From Iphione sp. A-MEVVRFRX5 (lineage: Eukaryota), in assembly GCA_976226885.1 (NCBI GenBank), contig OZ320316.1, positions 75,640,001 through 75,704,000 of the forward strand: a stretch of 64,000 bases of DNA, written 5' to 3'. A program made the translations under genes and the position numbers. The notes under the pieces are model-generated. The model ran no database searches and was not told where the DNA came from. It worked only from the letters and a program-made list of their open reading frames with translations. Position 1 is the stretch's first letter, and each line of letters starts with the position of its first letter. Shown piece after piece: positions 29,517-43,200 of this stretch.

Positions 29517-30505
29517 GGAGACATGGACACACAGAAACAATCATGTTGAACATCATAGGTTCATTTTTTCCGGATCCATGTAGGCCTATCCGTTGTGCAG
29601 AAAACAATCCGTGAACCGGGCCTAATTTACATAGGGTTACACATAGGCCTATGTATTTGCTCGCATAGAGATAAATAGGAATAATATCTACTGAGGATGA
29701 AAAAAGGATCTACCGAAAAAGGCAAGAAAAGGCACGACACATTGAAGTGACAAGACAGTTAGGGCCTACACATTGCAAATGGGAGCACATTACCGAGAAT
29801 AGCAATCAGTCTACAAGCTCGTGTCAGTTGGAGCAACGTTTTCATTTCTGTTTTCACCTATCCAAACGAAACTTTCGGCCTACATACTAATACAGTTACG
29901 AGATTTTTTTCTTAACGATAAGGCTTCACGTCTAATCGTGCCATTTTCGCAGTAAGCACGGGTACCTAGCGTCATTCTGAAAGATCCTTTCTAAGTGATG
30001 ATGAGAATAAGCCTACACACCCTTCATACTACGGCGCCATTTTGTTTGTCATTGGGAGATTCTTTAGTCTGTGGAGCTGTGATCAACTGCACGGCCGTCG
30101 TTTTCCCTCACATTAAGCGTACTATTGTTCCATTAACGCTCTCTAATCTATTAATAAAGTGTGACGCCTGATATTTTCAGGCACTGGTTGATAACCAAAG
30201 AGTGTCATATATATTCTAGTCCCTTTAATAGTAATCACATTACTGATATACTTTTATTCCAACGAAACATCTTGATTATTGTACGATCAGACCAGGTACA
30301 TGTAAAATATTCATGAACTTATCCTATCTCGTATAATGCTTTGGTGAAGCCCGGTTACTCACGCTAACAATTTTTTTCTTGGGTTGGTACATTTCTCGTA
30401 AATAAGATTAGCATTACGTTAAATGATGACTTTGAAATATGTTTTATGAAGGTGCAGATGATTCGACAACCTAATCTTGGCACGCCGTCTTCATATATTT
30501 TGCAG

Positions 30506-31249
30506 AGGTCCAAAATGTGCTGCCGGGAAACGCGGTAGAGGGCGGCGCCAGTTCGTCGTCGCCCGTCACAAACAATGAATACGCTAAGACGTCAGATGAC
30601 GTCACAGAAGACGACCGCCCGAACGATGCGCCCGAGATGGCGACGTTGGAGCCAATCGAGTCGCTCTACAAGGACGAGGAGCTCTCCTGGGACGCCATCT
30701 TCAGGGCCCGCTCGGCCAAACTCCCCCGCCATAAACCACAGTCAGATAACGACGGCTGGGACGACAACGTCATGCTCGGGGACGATCCACGCGCGCACAC
30801 CGTCGACAAGACGCCTGAAAGCGACAGTAATAATATGTACTCGCCCGACGACGGCACCGACGATATGGACGACACCGCCACGACGACGGAGAAGCGCGAC
30901 CGTGACGGTAGGGGGCGCGGCGGGAAGCACAAGGGGCGGGGCGGCCGCAGGAAAAACGGTAAAAAAGGACGCAAGAGCGGACGCAAAAACAAGAACCCAT
31001 CGAAGGGCGTATTGCCTAGTGAGCTGGCCGATTCAGCCACCGTGACGCAGCCCGAAAGGCCCGGTGGTGTCGAGGGAAACGAGGAGACAAGCAACTATAT
31101 CTACGAGGAGACGAAAGCACCGCCCATTAAGTTCACGAGTTGCTCGGAGTTGAGGTGCTATGCGGGAGGGCGCTGTGTACCAGACGAGATGCGCGGAGGT
31201 GTGCGCTGTCAGTGCATGCTCGGCAACACGGGCGAGTTTTGCGAAAAAG
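30506..31249 (+). CDS. EGFLAM: Visible exon 1: low-complexity acidic then basic region plus EGF1 (phase 1/1)
   Basis: Acceptor atattttgcag at 30505, donor G|gtacgg at 31250. Covered by ORF 30517-31347, with high-GC3 codons. Ends [36 protein letters not shown] (six EGF cysteines). Confidence 0.92.
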
Positions 31250-34200
31250 GTACGGTATGCATTATTACTTGTATTACTCGGAGGTTGTACTTGGCCTGTC
31301 CATTTGTTGTGTTATTATGTATCCGTGATGTAATCCCGTCGTGGTGAATAATAGCATGAGCAAGGTTGTTACTTTATACATTTACACCGGTTATTCGTAT
31401 TTTTTGTTAAAGAGGGCGTATTGCGCATATGCTTAACAAAATCTATCAGTACATGTACACAGCGACATATACTGATGGAAAAGTTCAAATGCAGATTTTC
31501 TTAATTTGATGACATAAGCTGTTCTCTGCAAATGTCAGCCTCCTGCTGACAATTTGTCTTCAGTATTAGCCTGAAAATATGCCCCGCCTGTATGGTATGT
31601 CATGCCGCGCGTCAGATTGCTTCGGAGTACAATTGAATAGGTCATCAACAGGACGTGTTTATGCAAGTTGTCAGCACTTCATAGCCAACGGCAATAGTTT
31701 ACACTCACAGGAAACGCATGCCGCCGATTTCTGGAAGTCACTTAGATGTCTACTTTATAAGCAGTACGTTGAACTCGACTTCTATGTATATCATTCAGCT
31801 TCCGAATAACTGTGACATTAAGGTCGCCGCTTTTTTCGCTCCATGCACGCCGTTCATTTCCCCAGAGGACCTACTGAATTGTATGGCAAGTGGATTCCAT
31901 CAGACTGGGAAATGAAGTCATTTTGTCATTGTGTACTTTGCATCAGGCAGTCTCGGCAGTAGAAAGAGCAGAGCTGTGGACTACTTCGGTTAATAGTATA
32001 CTGCCACTGAGTACTGTGGGTAATAGACATCTGAGTCGTTCTGACATTTTGAGCTTCATACGTCACGTCGTCAGAATGTCAGACGAAAACACCAAGATAA
32101 AAGTGAATGTAATTAAGTTGCAGAAGGGTACCAGAACACGTAGGATTGCTATGTACAGTGTAAACTAAACTGTTCCCCCCTCAGTCATGCTGTCCTGTTA
32201 CGGAGAATGAAAGAAACGCAAATATACGGGCAAATAACATCCTTGAAGGTTTTCAAACGAGACACTGACGAACTTGGGGTTCGTCCAGGCATGGACTACA
32301 TATTTCTTGGAAGGACATTTTGTTCTAGACAAACTTGGAGCCTGATAGTTTAAGCTTGGCCGACAGTTGCAATTATTACTAGTACGTTTAAACCCCCGGA
32401 AAATAACCACTATAAAAACGAGGAGACACAGGGGCTTTCAAATTGATTGAGTTTTAATCCACCCTCCCATTAGACCGTGGCGGCGATGCTGGCGGATCAA
32501 ACGCTCCATGCTGCACCAGTGGAAATGATGGATAATAAGTAACTCGGACCTGGCAGTAGTTTCTCTTGGAAGGGAACATTCTCCTTTGCTTGAGCCACCC
32601 CATTTTCTATCACTACTTTTGGCGTTCACGCCAACCTTTGTCTTTCACGCTGCAGTAGTCCTGAAAAAGAATCCATAGAGTCCATCGGATGTGCCTGACA
32701 ATATGACTGGAATGAATCTTCTCTGGCTTCGACCGAACATATCTGTTTCTCCATCACTCTCACCCAGAATTGTTCACTAACGAAAATTGAAAAGACTATT
32801 GGGATCAGGATTCAGGTCTCCATATTCTGAAATTTGCTGTATCAGCGGCAACTTCATCACTCGCACTGTTATTAATCTACTCTTGAAGTCAACTAATTGA
32901 TTACTTTAAAATCCGTATTTGTCCTGACCACACGGGGGGAAATCGTATCCACAAAAGTAAATGTACGAGTATGAACACGCAGAAGTATCCTGCTGTGCAT
33001 TTGTTTTATCGCGATATTGTCCATGTTTATACATGTATAAAATACTCAATCATGTTTATTAGTGCAAAAAGCGGTGTTCATGTACTTTTCTAATGATGAG
33101 AGGTTCACCAAATTAATTATTCTTGTTTAATCCTTTCAAAAATGAGCCTTCATTAAGAATGATGTGAAATTCACAGGTGCTCATTACTGTGATTTGCATC
33201 TATGAATAATGAATAAGTCCCTTTCCATGCGGATCTGTATTTGCTCATATAAACTCCACCAACATAGCATTAAATCTTGAGAAAAGGAAGAGTGGTGTTT
33301 AAAGAAAAACATAGCAAAACATTCGGGGAGGCAACGGACCACGTGGTTTGCATTGTTGGTACCACCCTTCAGGCCCGACTGGTAAGGCATAATTCGTCTC
33401 TTTCAATATTCTTTCGATGCCATAACTGTCCGCTAAGCGTGTTAGCATAGAGCATCGGTACGCGCAGCACTCAGTGGCTCTCGCTGCGTTTCCGAGCTTG
33501 TCAATGGAGTTCCCTACCGGCGGTGGGGAAGTAAGTGCAACTTAAGAATATAATTGAATGAGGACTGCGCCCTAATGGAATCCCATCGCTGTGGGTTTGT
33601 TGGGGGACGCGCCCTCGATAACATTTCATTAGAGGGCCAGTCTTTGGATACATGGCGGTGCACTTTTGTCGAGGTGCTCGAGGGCCGATTTGTAACGCTA
33701 GCCGGTCGCCTGCTTACATCAGGAAAATACGTTGCGGCTCGGCCGCCCTAGAAAAGGCGCCTTGAGATGGTCGAGGTTCCTCTCTTCTTATTGTGTCCCT
33801 GGAAGAAGTCGCTAAGTAGTGCTTATGGCCAAGCAACATGCGGTTGAAATCTCTTGCTGACAGATGCCCTCAAAGAATGTCGTAACCAAGGTGTTTGAAA
33901 ACTAAACTCGGCCTTAAATGTGCCCCCAGGGGAACGACGATGATACTCTAAGAGGTATTAATGATTTTATGGAGTGTGACTTGTATGAGATGTGTTCGAG
34001 CTGTTCACAGCAAGAACACTGACTACATTCAGATGATACAATATGTATAACATACATATATAAACATGTATATAATGTATATACAGGTCGCATTAACTCA
34101 TGGATGAAGCGTTTCGTTGAGCATTTCCTCTTTACCTGCCTAATCGAGTTTGAGCGATATTTAGATTTACAATGGAAAATACTTATGGTATACATATAGC

Positions 34201-37200
34201 AGCGAAGGATATTATAAACATAGAGTAGGATCCTACGCGCCAAAGAACACTGCTTCTACCTTCTGAAAAACGTTGTTTCACTGATTAGTACAAATCTATG
34301 TGTAACTATTACACCTGTTCCAATAACAGCAATACACAGCAACTAATGACCAAGCACTGAGAGTTCCTGATGACCCAGTTCTGAACATCCAATCTTGAAG
34401 GAAATAACACAGGGTCATTGCATGATAACACTGATACCCTACTTATGGTCAGGTTGACCTATTCTGAATTACCTATGACCTGTAACCTAGTTACATATAT
34501 TAAAGTGTCCATACTTTGCTACTTGATAAGCTGCTTTCACCCACATTAACTACCAGTGGTGAAGGGTATCAGATTGTCCTGAAACATTGTGTCTCTGTAA
34601 ACTGATCAACAATAAAGCATCCATCATGGAGGTAGACAAGGACATTGGGTTTGATTGGAATCTTCAAACTTTTCAGATAAACATAGTTACTTGAAACTAT
34701 TTAAAGTGGCCTGCGTCGCCTTCCGTCGCCATCTTTGTTCGATGCGGTATATAATCATCCTACCGACGACATATCTGTGTGAATTGCCTACTCCTTATGA
34801 CAGAAGGGAGAACATATAAAATTGCTGGGAGCAGCACATCTCTACAACACAGTTCAGGCTTGGCGCTTCTCTATGATTAATTTCCTTGGCAGACTCTCGG
34901 CTGATATCCTCTAATTGTTATTTGTTTTTACGGATGAAGAGTGAACTGGTTGGGGTCGTAATATAAACAACCTGCCATACAAAATTCACCATTGATGTAT
35001 ATATGAATTCCTGCGCAGCAGTTAGAGCTCGGCAGGCTTTGATCACGTCTCCAGCTGATGTGCCGTCGTAATAACATCTGTCTGATTGCACTTCCGTGTC
35101 TAATGGAGCAGCCTGTTTTAGTTTGTAATTCGACGAGAAACGCTTATATAGGCCGATGCATCATGTACATGTATAACTTTGTCGACGAGTTGCATCCTTG
35201 TCAGGCGTTCTTTCTTCTAGACTCTTTTTATTCAGACACTCATGTGAAGAATAGGTGTACATGTACATGTCTATGTTCTAGGTTTCTTAGACCTTCGTCG
35301 TGCATCGTACATTGCACTTCAACAGGAAAACGGTAGGGCTACATAGTGCTGAGGATACTGTACAATGTAGATCATTTTTCCCGTGAGTGACGGTTGTAGA
35401 TACAGTCAAACAAACAGATCTTTCATACCTCCATCGAGGTTCTACTACGCTGTTGTCAGGCGACGTCGTCTCCTCTGCCTGACGCTCACGCTTAAGCATC
35501 GGACCACTTTAAGATGGCGTCCTCGCCACTTATCCCCCATGGAGAATTGGAGGTGGGGCAAGCTTATTGTGGCCTGGGTTCAATCCTCATTACCTTATGA
35601 TGGCTTTATGGCCTCGTCGTTCATTACGCGCCACGCCCAGTCGACAAGCGCTCGGATGCCATCTAGTGGTAGCGTCGATCTTACCTTACACCCAGCCAAG
35701 CGCTGTCGGTGCCTCCAGCAGGTGACCCCGCCGCTCCTGGTGGTCTCCTCCACCGCGGACGACACAGGTAAAACTCCTGGCCAAGACCACGGGCGAGCTG
35801 TTGGCCGTCGTACGAAAAGGTTGGCAAACATTCGTGACATGAACCAATTTTCCACTTATGCGTGTCAGCCGGGTGCTGATTACTTCTGATCGGGACTGGC
35901 ACGAGGAGCGTGAATGCAGCGGGCCCGGTTACCACCCCTAGCGACTGCGTCCCCTAGGCGGCGCTACATTGACATTTGCTAGTCTCTTTTGTCTTTTTGT
36001 CTACAACAAGGCGTCCCCATTGATAACGCACCAAAACGTCTACTCGTCTCCCATGGGGCCCCTCATAGTGTCGCTTATGGAGAATTTATTGTCTGTGACA
36101 AATCGTCCTCCCCGGCTTTCGCCTGGTCTATTTCTCCCCATCGATTGCGCGGGATAAGAGCAAAAACACGGCCGCGGCGGTTTTTAACCGACCGTCCTTC
36201 TCTCGCAAGTGACAGTTCAATTTGAGACGTCCCCATCGGCGGCGGCACGGGGTCCTTCATGTAGAGAACTACGTGTGAGGACGTGGCCACCCCGTCTGCC
36301 CCAGCCAAGCTTTGCCTTACTCCCTCGCTACCACCCTATATCCTCTTCTCGCTGTCCAGACCACTTGGTGATTCTTGGCGTTCCTTGACCTTGGACAAGG
36401 ACGTCCTTCAGGCTGAAGAGACTGATCTCGTCAACCGGCATTCCATGGCTGCCAAGCCTTCACCAAACTGAACAACCAAGGGACGGCTCAAGCCGCTTAC
36501 CAAAATAATGCAGGAGACGACTTTGCCGACCTCTCGAGGAAAGAAAAACTGTCTAGACGCTTTGGGAGATGGCTACTTTAACCACGGCCCGTCACACCCT
36601 CTTGTAATACTATTGTGTCGTCTGCTTGTCAAATGGTGCCGCTCCGACTGATGAATTAATATAATAATGACGCCTTACTGTGTGATACGCCGCAATCCGC
36701 GATCGTTGTCTCCACAGTCTCAGTGCATCAAGTGGAATGGTGTGGAATGGACATTGCTAGAGGAGTCTGCCACTGACAGTGAAGGGCCCGCAAGCCGACC
36801 CGAATGTGGCGAGATAAATTAGCCCCTAGCGCCACCTGTCGCTCCTCGACGAACTCAGATGCGGATGAAGGCAGGAGATCCGGAGAGGGAGGACGTGTTG
36901 GGACCGAATGGATTAGTTAAATGAAATCAAAAGCACCAGCATCGGTCGTCTTTCCAAGCCAACCGAAGTCTAAATGCAAGACACCACAAGACTTGGAGAT
37001 GCTTTAGATTTTGTTTGGAATCTTTCAGATGGATCTTAATAATACTCCTTGGGAGGATTGGAAACTAGAACTAAACAGAATTTCCTTCGTTTTTGCATAC
37101 TTCGGAGAAGTGTAAACCAACGGTCTTGTTTGTCACTAAACTGCTGTATTCTCTTTCCCCTACTAGCAAATACATATGTACATGTATGCATCTAATTAAA

Positions 37201-40200
37201 TGCATATCCATATGTACATGTATGCATCTAGTTAAATGCATATCCACAAGGAATGCAATTAACAGCAGCATGTTTTCCCCTCGAATAAAAAATAACAAAA
37301 AAGGTTTTCATTGTTACCCATTGCTGTGACTATTCTTATTACTACTAACAGTAGTTTTTATACAATGTGATTACTGATCAAGACAACTGAAATTATATAC
37401 ATGTAGTAAGGCATAAAGGTTCTGGAGGTAGGAGGTGCGTTTCGTACAAGGTATTTTTCGGCATGCACATTAGTCCTACTTTGTCTTTAATCCGAAAATA
37501 CTTGCACACTGTAAGTTAACCGCCTCAATGAGTCAACAGTGACAACTACTGTAAACTATAGCATACAGTTCTTGTGTTCTCCATGTGTCTATCCCATCAA
37601 GTTCAGAGTGTTTAATTGAGTCATGTTAAATCCTTACTTGTGCTCTTGGTCAGGAGACCCTATTGTCTATTTCCCAGTCCCTACTGGCCTGACTTTCATC
37701 CACTTTGTAGATGAAATGGCAAACGAAGCTTGTCTATATCCATTGTGCAGATGGAATGGTTATCTATTCAGGTCTTCGTTCATCATCTTTCAGGCTGATA
37801 GTCGGGAGTGCACTGGGATGGGGAAAGTTATTTTCAGAGCAGCCTGGGGTTATGTTGCAAGTTTGGTAGGAATATCATTTTAACTAATACAATCAGCAGG
37901 TCTCATTTTGCGCTACTCACCTGACTAGCCGCGGACATCTGATGGAAGAGCACCATAGCTACTTATTTGGAAGTTCTATCAGATGTCTCACTCGATGCTT
38001 CACTCATGCCTTGAAAGCTTTGTGGTCCAGAATCATGCACAGACATGACTTGAGGTTGCTCCACAACTGGGGTCCATTATTGACAGTGCATTGCTTCAAT
38101 TTAGTGCTACTTGGTAAGGTGTTTCTACGGTTTCTCCTGTCGTTCCGAGGTGTCTATTATCCAGGTGCCACTTATCCACCATAGCTCTATGCATGTGTAC
38201 TACATTTGTAAATATATAATGATACTGCCGAAAAAGATGATTTTGAGTATTGAGTATGTTACAATGAAACCGGTAATGCAGCTGAAATCCTCTTATCCAG
38301 AAGTTACCCTTTAAGTTAAGGAATGACGAGCACGTGCCAAAATTTCATGCAATAATATGTCTTACTAAGACCTAAACAGACGCCTACCTAACGTATCCAA
38401 GATACAGATCTCAAAAGTAGCGTGAACTATAATCTGCTGCATAATAGATCACCTTAATTGTTCTCGCCAATCATATCGACTGCAAGTACATGTACAATAC
38501 ATGTACTGTTCAAACTGTACGTGTATATGTTTGACTTGTATGTGTTTGCAGAGTGTTTGCACCACCCTTCCTAATTTCCAATCCGTCTTTAGGTGTACTG
38601 CTGCAGCGACAGTTAGTAGTCTCTGATTTATCTCGAGGGTAAATGGTTACTCCCGTGAAATATTTCTTTGCAACTGTCGCTCAGTAATAGATCTTGATGT
38701 ACACTTGACACTTATACTGTTAAAACCGGACATCACAAGAATGTGTCTCAGATATTTGCTTTTATATCTTTTGATAAGAAAGAACGCACAAATTAACTCA
38801 ATAATGAAACACCTCCGTACACTGGTACAATGCAGTTTTGCCAGATGTTTACCTTTAAGAACTTACTTGATTCACTTGTGTAACATCTAATAATACGTTT
38901 ATCATAATCGTCTTGCATATTTATGTATTACATATATATATATATATATTCAGTCCCTTCAAATACAGTAGTACACATTCATGTATGTTCAAGATCATGT
39001 AGATTTGTACACATATATGTACGGTTGAATTCCATTTGCAAGCGCGTAGAAGATCCATATCACTTTCTTCGTTTCATATCGTTTCCTTTCTGTAGATATT
39101 GTCGTGCGCTATCCAAAGTTCATGGGAACAGGTTACATTGCCTTCCCCGTGTTAAGAGGTGCCTACAAAGAGTTCACCATTACCATCGAGTTCAGGCCTG
39201 AAACTTCAAACGGTCTCCTTATGTTCAGTGCCGAACACCACAATGCCAGATCGGACTTTTTCTCCATCAGCCTCATAGACGGACACGCCGAGTTTAGGTA
39301 AGCCTCATTCACCTAAGTACTCTGCATGAGATTCCTGCTTATATGTCATCAAATGGCAGGCTGTATTTTGGCTCTTTTGTTTACATGGAACGGTCGGTTT
39401 GTGGGATACCTGATATAAATACGTAGACCTTATCTAGAACAATGTTTTGTTTATCTACACATAATTTAGGATTTCTTTTAGCGATACCTGCAACTTTTAA
39501 TAATGTGTTTTAAAACAGTTTTAAGGCAAAACGTCCTTAAGAGCCGACTAAAACTGATTAAACATCGTAAAAATTGCCTTCAGTTCCCCACTTGAAATTC
39601 TAGTTAAAATACATTTGGGATTTGGAGTCCCTCGTACGGAACCAGCTTGATCCTGTCGAGAACAATACGAACGATTTCTCCGAGTCTAAAGTACTGCCAC
39701 GGGCTATTGGTCTCGATGCCTCCTTGTTGCAATAAAACGACCAGCTACTCCAACACGATGGCTGTGAAGGCAGGCATTTTAAGACCGCACTTCGTGGAGC
39801 AAATCAGCAGAAACACCCCAAGGTGTCAGACCATTGGCGAAACAAAACCTAACGGTCGGTCGGCTGGCCGCTTGAATTGCACCGAACATGGCCACTTCTT
39901 GACCACGCCTCGGCCCCAAATGGTGACCTCCATTATTGGCTAGCTATCGTCTCGAGCCTGTGGACCCTTCTGCAAGGTTAAGGAGACTGTGGACTCTGTG
40001 GCTCCCTGGCAGGTCAGCTTTCTATGCATTCACAGACGGTAGTATTGAAGAGTAGTTCCATTTTGAAGAAAATCCATTGTGAAGAGGGGGATTTATATAA
40101 TATGTATATATCAGATTAATCCCGTCGGTAATGACGTTTTAATTACGTCATCCACAAGGACCATCCTTTCAGCGTTCTCATACTAAATACTGTCCTCTTG

Positions 40201-43200
40201 TACCTTCTTTTTTTTCCAATTTAAGAATAAAATAGTCATTGCATGTCAATTAGGAATGTCGAAGCAAGTCGCGCCAGCCTCGTTATTGCGCATTAAAGAA
40301 AATTAAATCACAAGATGGCATGGGAACTGATCTAGTGCCTGTCTGTATTTTGGGGATGTAGACATGAAATTCATTTGGAAAGGATCAATAATGGTTCCAG
40401 CTCTAATGAATTGGCGTCGACCATGTGACAGATGTCTTGTAGAGCTATGGCTCCGCTCCCAAGGTGTGTCCCACACATAAATTGTCAAAATTATGACGGC
40501 TAAACGAAAATCAATCACCCTGCCCCGACAGGGTCAAGCTGCTTCCGCCACCTGCTGCAGGCGGCCGAGACTAAAAAGACATTGCCCTCATTGGCTTCGT
40601 CCATCGAAGTATGCATGAATGAGTAGCTCGCACTGGGATTATGCCAAGCTAGCAAACAACAGAGGAGGATTCCGAGCAGCTCAGGCCCGCTACGTGTGGA
40701 ATATCGGTCATCCGTGCACTTCGTTGGGCAGGCTAATACCATGGTTTTTTATATTTGATACGGGGTATATGGTAAACGTTAAATATTCATACTAGCTCTA
40801 GCTTCCAGCCCACGTGAGCTTGTAATTTACTTATCCACTGACAACGTAAAAGAGTCGGTGATGGACGTCCGTTGGAAGAGACTAGATATACAGTAGCCCC
40901 ATCGGTCATACGCTGCAGCACCCAGTAATATATTATACCGTACTCGAAGGAAGCCGTGCCTAGAAACGATACAAGATTCTCGTACTAACAAAGTGTACAC
41001 GTATGTAAACCTTGTCAATGCTTTTGGATCTTGCAACTGGTTACATTATCTGATGTGCAATATTTACAACTGCATTTCGGATTTACTGGAATTCAATTTT
41101 GATGTCATCAGAAGCGTTGAGCAAACCCCCCCCCTCCCAGATCCTGGACCTCGTACGCTTCTGTGTGCGTCCATAGCTTGACAATACGCCTACCTGCATG
41201 GACCGTCTCGGGCCTACATGATCCAAGAACATTGCTTCTAGAGACCGATATAGAACTCCGAAACCGTACTGAGGTATAGACTGTAGTATTAACAGATGGT
41301 TTTGTTTAAGCTGAAAATTCACTGGTTGTAATGCAATGTGTTCCCCTCCTCCAAAAAAATTGTTAACATATGGTGTGAATAATTCGTGAATACGTCAGGA
41401 ATTCTAGTCACCATGGCCACACACACAATTATACAGGACAGCCTAATAAGGGTTAAGGCTCAGTTTCCAGTGACGTGTTCCCGCTCCATGTCTCCATTTT
41501 TCTTCAATTTATTGACACAGATATCTTAGGTAACTGGAAAAGCTCGCCAAAAGAGTAGCAAGGGTATTTGAATATATATGACAGTACCCACCACATAAAG
41601 CATGACTCCATCTGGCTTCACGAGTTGAGGTTCCTCATCTGAGTAATTGTTTCTGTGTGTAGGTGACTGTAAGTTATGAGGAAACAAGCGAGGAGTTATG
41701 GCCTGCAAGGTTGTCAGTTGCGTCGGGACCGAGGGTCACCTCCCGCCGGTCGTCGTCTGATCTGAGGCTTAGTCTGAACTCGTGATGCGAATTTTTACCC
41801 CTCTCCAGGGATAAGGAAGATCGTTGCCTCCAGTGCGTCATGCGCACTTCACGTAATTATCATTCCGACCCCCACCTATATTAGGAGCCAGTCATACGCA
41901 TATATTTACATGTATTGGTTACGCAATTAATGTGATATTTTGTTTGCATTTAAACCTTGATAAGGGGCGTTTACTTTAATAATGTGTCACAGTTATTTGA
42001 TGGTAGTAGGTTGGGATGCTTTCGAAGAGAGACTGACTATCACAGCTACAACTTAATGTTCGTTTAGAGCGCTGCAATTTTCACAAATGACAGAGACGCT
42101 CTCGGTGGGCACATATAACCACTTCTGGGATATTTCTAACATATTTAAGAGGTGTTTGGGATCCATCAGCTTTCAAATATTCTCCGTAGGCCTATCATTC
42201 TTGCACGTTGTTTGTTGCCCTTCTCCACTAACTGGTAGAGTGTAGGTGAGTAGGGTGGGAGCGGGTATGGTAGAGATATGGAGCTGTGAGTCCGGCCGAT
42301 AAGTCTAGGCTCGGCAATCAAATAGTTGGCTGTGGTTTACTGGTGGACTACCGTTATCCTTCGCAACTACAACCCACCCCTTTCGTCGACGCCCCTTCAG
42401 CCCCTTCTGCCTGCGCCACAGGATTTAATGTTCTCCGAGCGATGAAAAATAGCTTGGATTTGTCGGCCGGGCTCTGAGCGCCGAGTCGCTAAAAATTCAG
42501 AGATGCATGGCAGCATTGGCTCTCCTTGGGCGCCGTCGGCTGCACAATCCCATTAATGTAGTAACAGTAGCTGTGTTGCTTAACGTGGGATGAGGGTTTT
42601 CGTCAACTGCCTTGAGAGAGACGCGCGCCGGGCCTGACCCCGTCCCCGGATCCCCTAACCGCACAACATAGATCCTACTTAGCCAGTAGAGACTAGAGCT
42701 TACAAATCTGGTTAGATCACGTAGGCGGGACCTCCGTCTCTGCCTTTACACAGCGGAGCATGGGAGCCGGAGAAGGGAGAGTGCACCGCGCTGCACGCTG
42801 TTCTCTCAACTAATTTGTCCTCCTTGTCATATCAGTGCTTGCCAAATCTTGTGAACGCGGCCGCAATCGGACTTGCCAGCAGTGACCTGAAGAGGTCGCT
42901 GCCGCTGCTCGCTTGCCTCTTCGATAATAAAATCCACGAGACACTCGAGAAACCGGCAGAGTTGTTGGCATGATAGGCCCTAGACTATAAAACTTAGTTT
43001 ATAGTTCATTGTTGATATAGTGAGACCTGAGAAGATGGTATTTTATGATGCCTAGGTCCGAAAGCCAAGGTAATCTATAGGTTTTAGTTCCAAGGCCCAA
43101 TAGATATAGGATGCACTCTCTTTTCGTATATCATACGATCTATCACATTGTATATCTCAAATTGCTCCGCCGCATACGTTGCAAATTGTGTACGTGTTTA

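Larger units (their letters stand above)
29092..29622. mobile_element. Probable PIF/Harbinger-like MITE (531 bp)
   Basis: TAA|GGCCCGGGTTCC at the left end and GTGAACCGGGCC|TAA at the right end. The inverted repeat is short and imperfect (GGCCCGG exact, then TTC after a 1-nt indel). Contains an internal minisatellite. Confidence 0.5.

Noticed and set aside
30575-31094. Overlapping ORFs in other frames and strands over exon 1 (156 aa +, 142 aa -, others)
   Set aside because: These are shadows of a GC-rich, low-complexity coding exon. The translations are R/S/P-rich with no domain.
5395-35590. Pol III B-box-like GGTTC(G/A)ATC hits (about 5402 minus, 20018, 35577)
   Set aside because: No upstream A box or cloverleaf, so no tRNA or SINE is called.
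33510-38113. Other frame-preserving AG...GT mini-exons in intron 1 (33510-33530, 35371-35382, 38105-38113)
   Set aside because: Poor pyrimidine tracts and no branch motif, and one lies inside the LINE remnant. They show the chance background for microexon calls.
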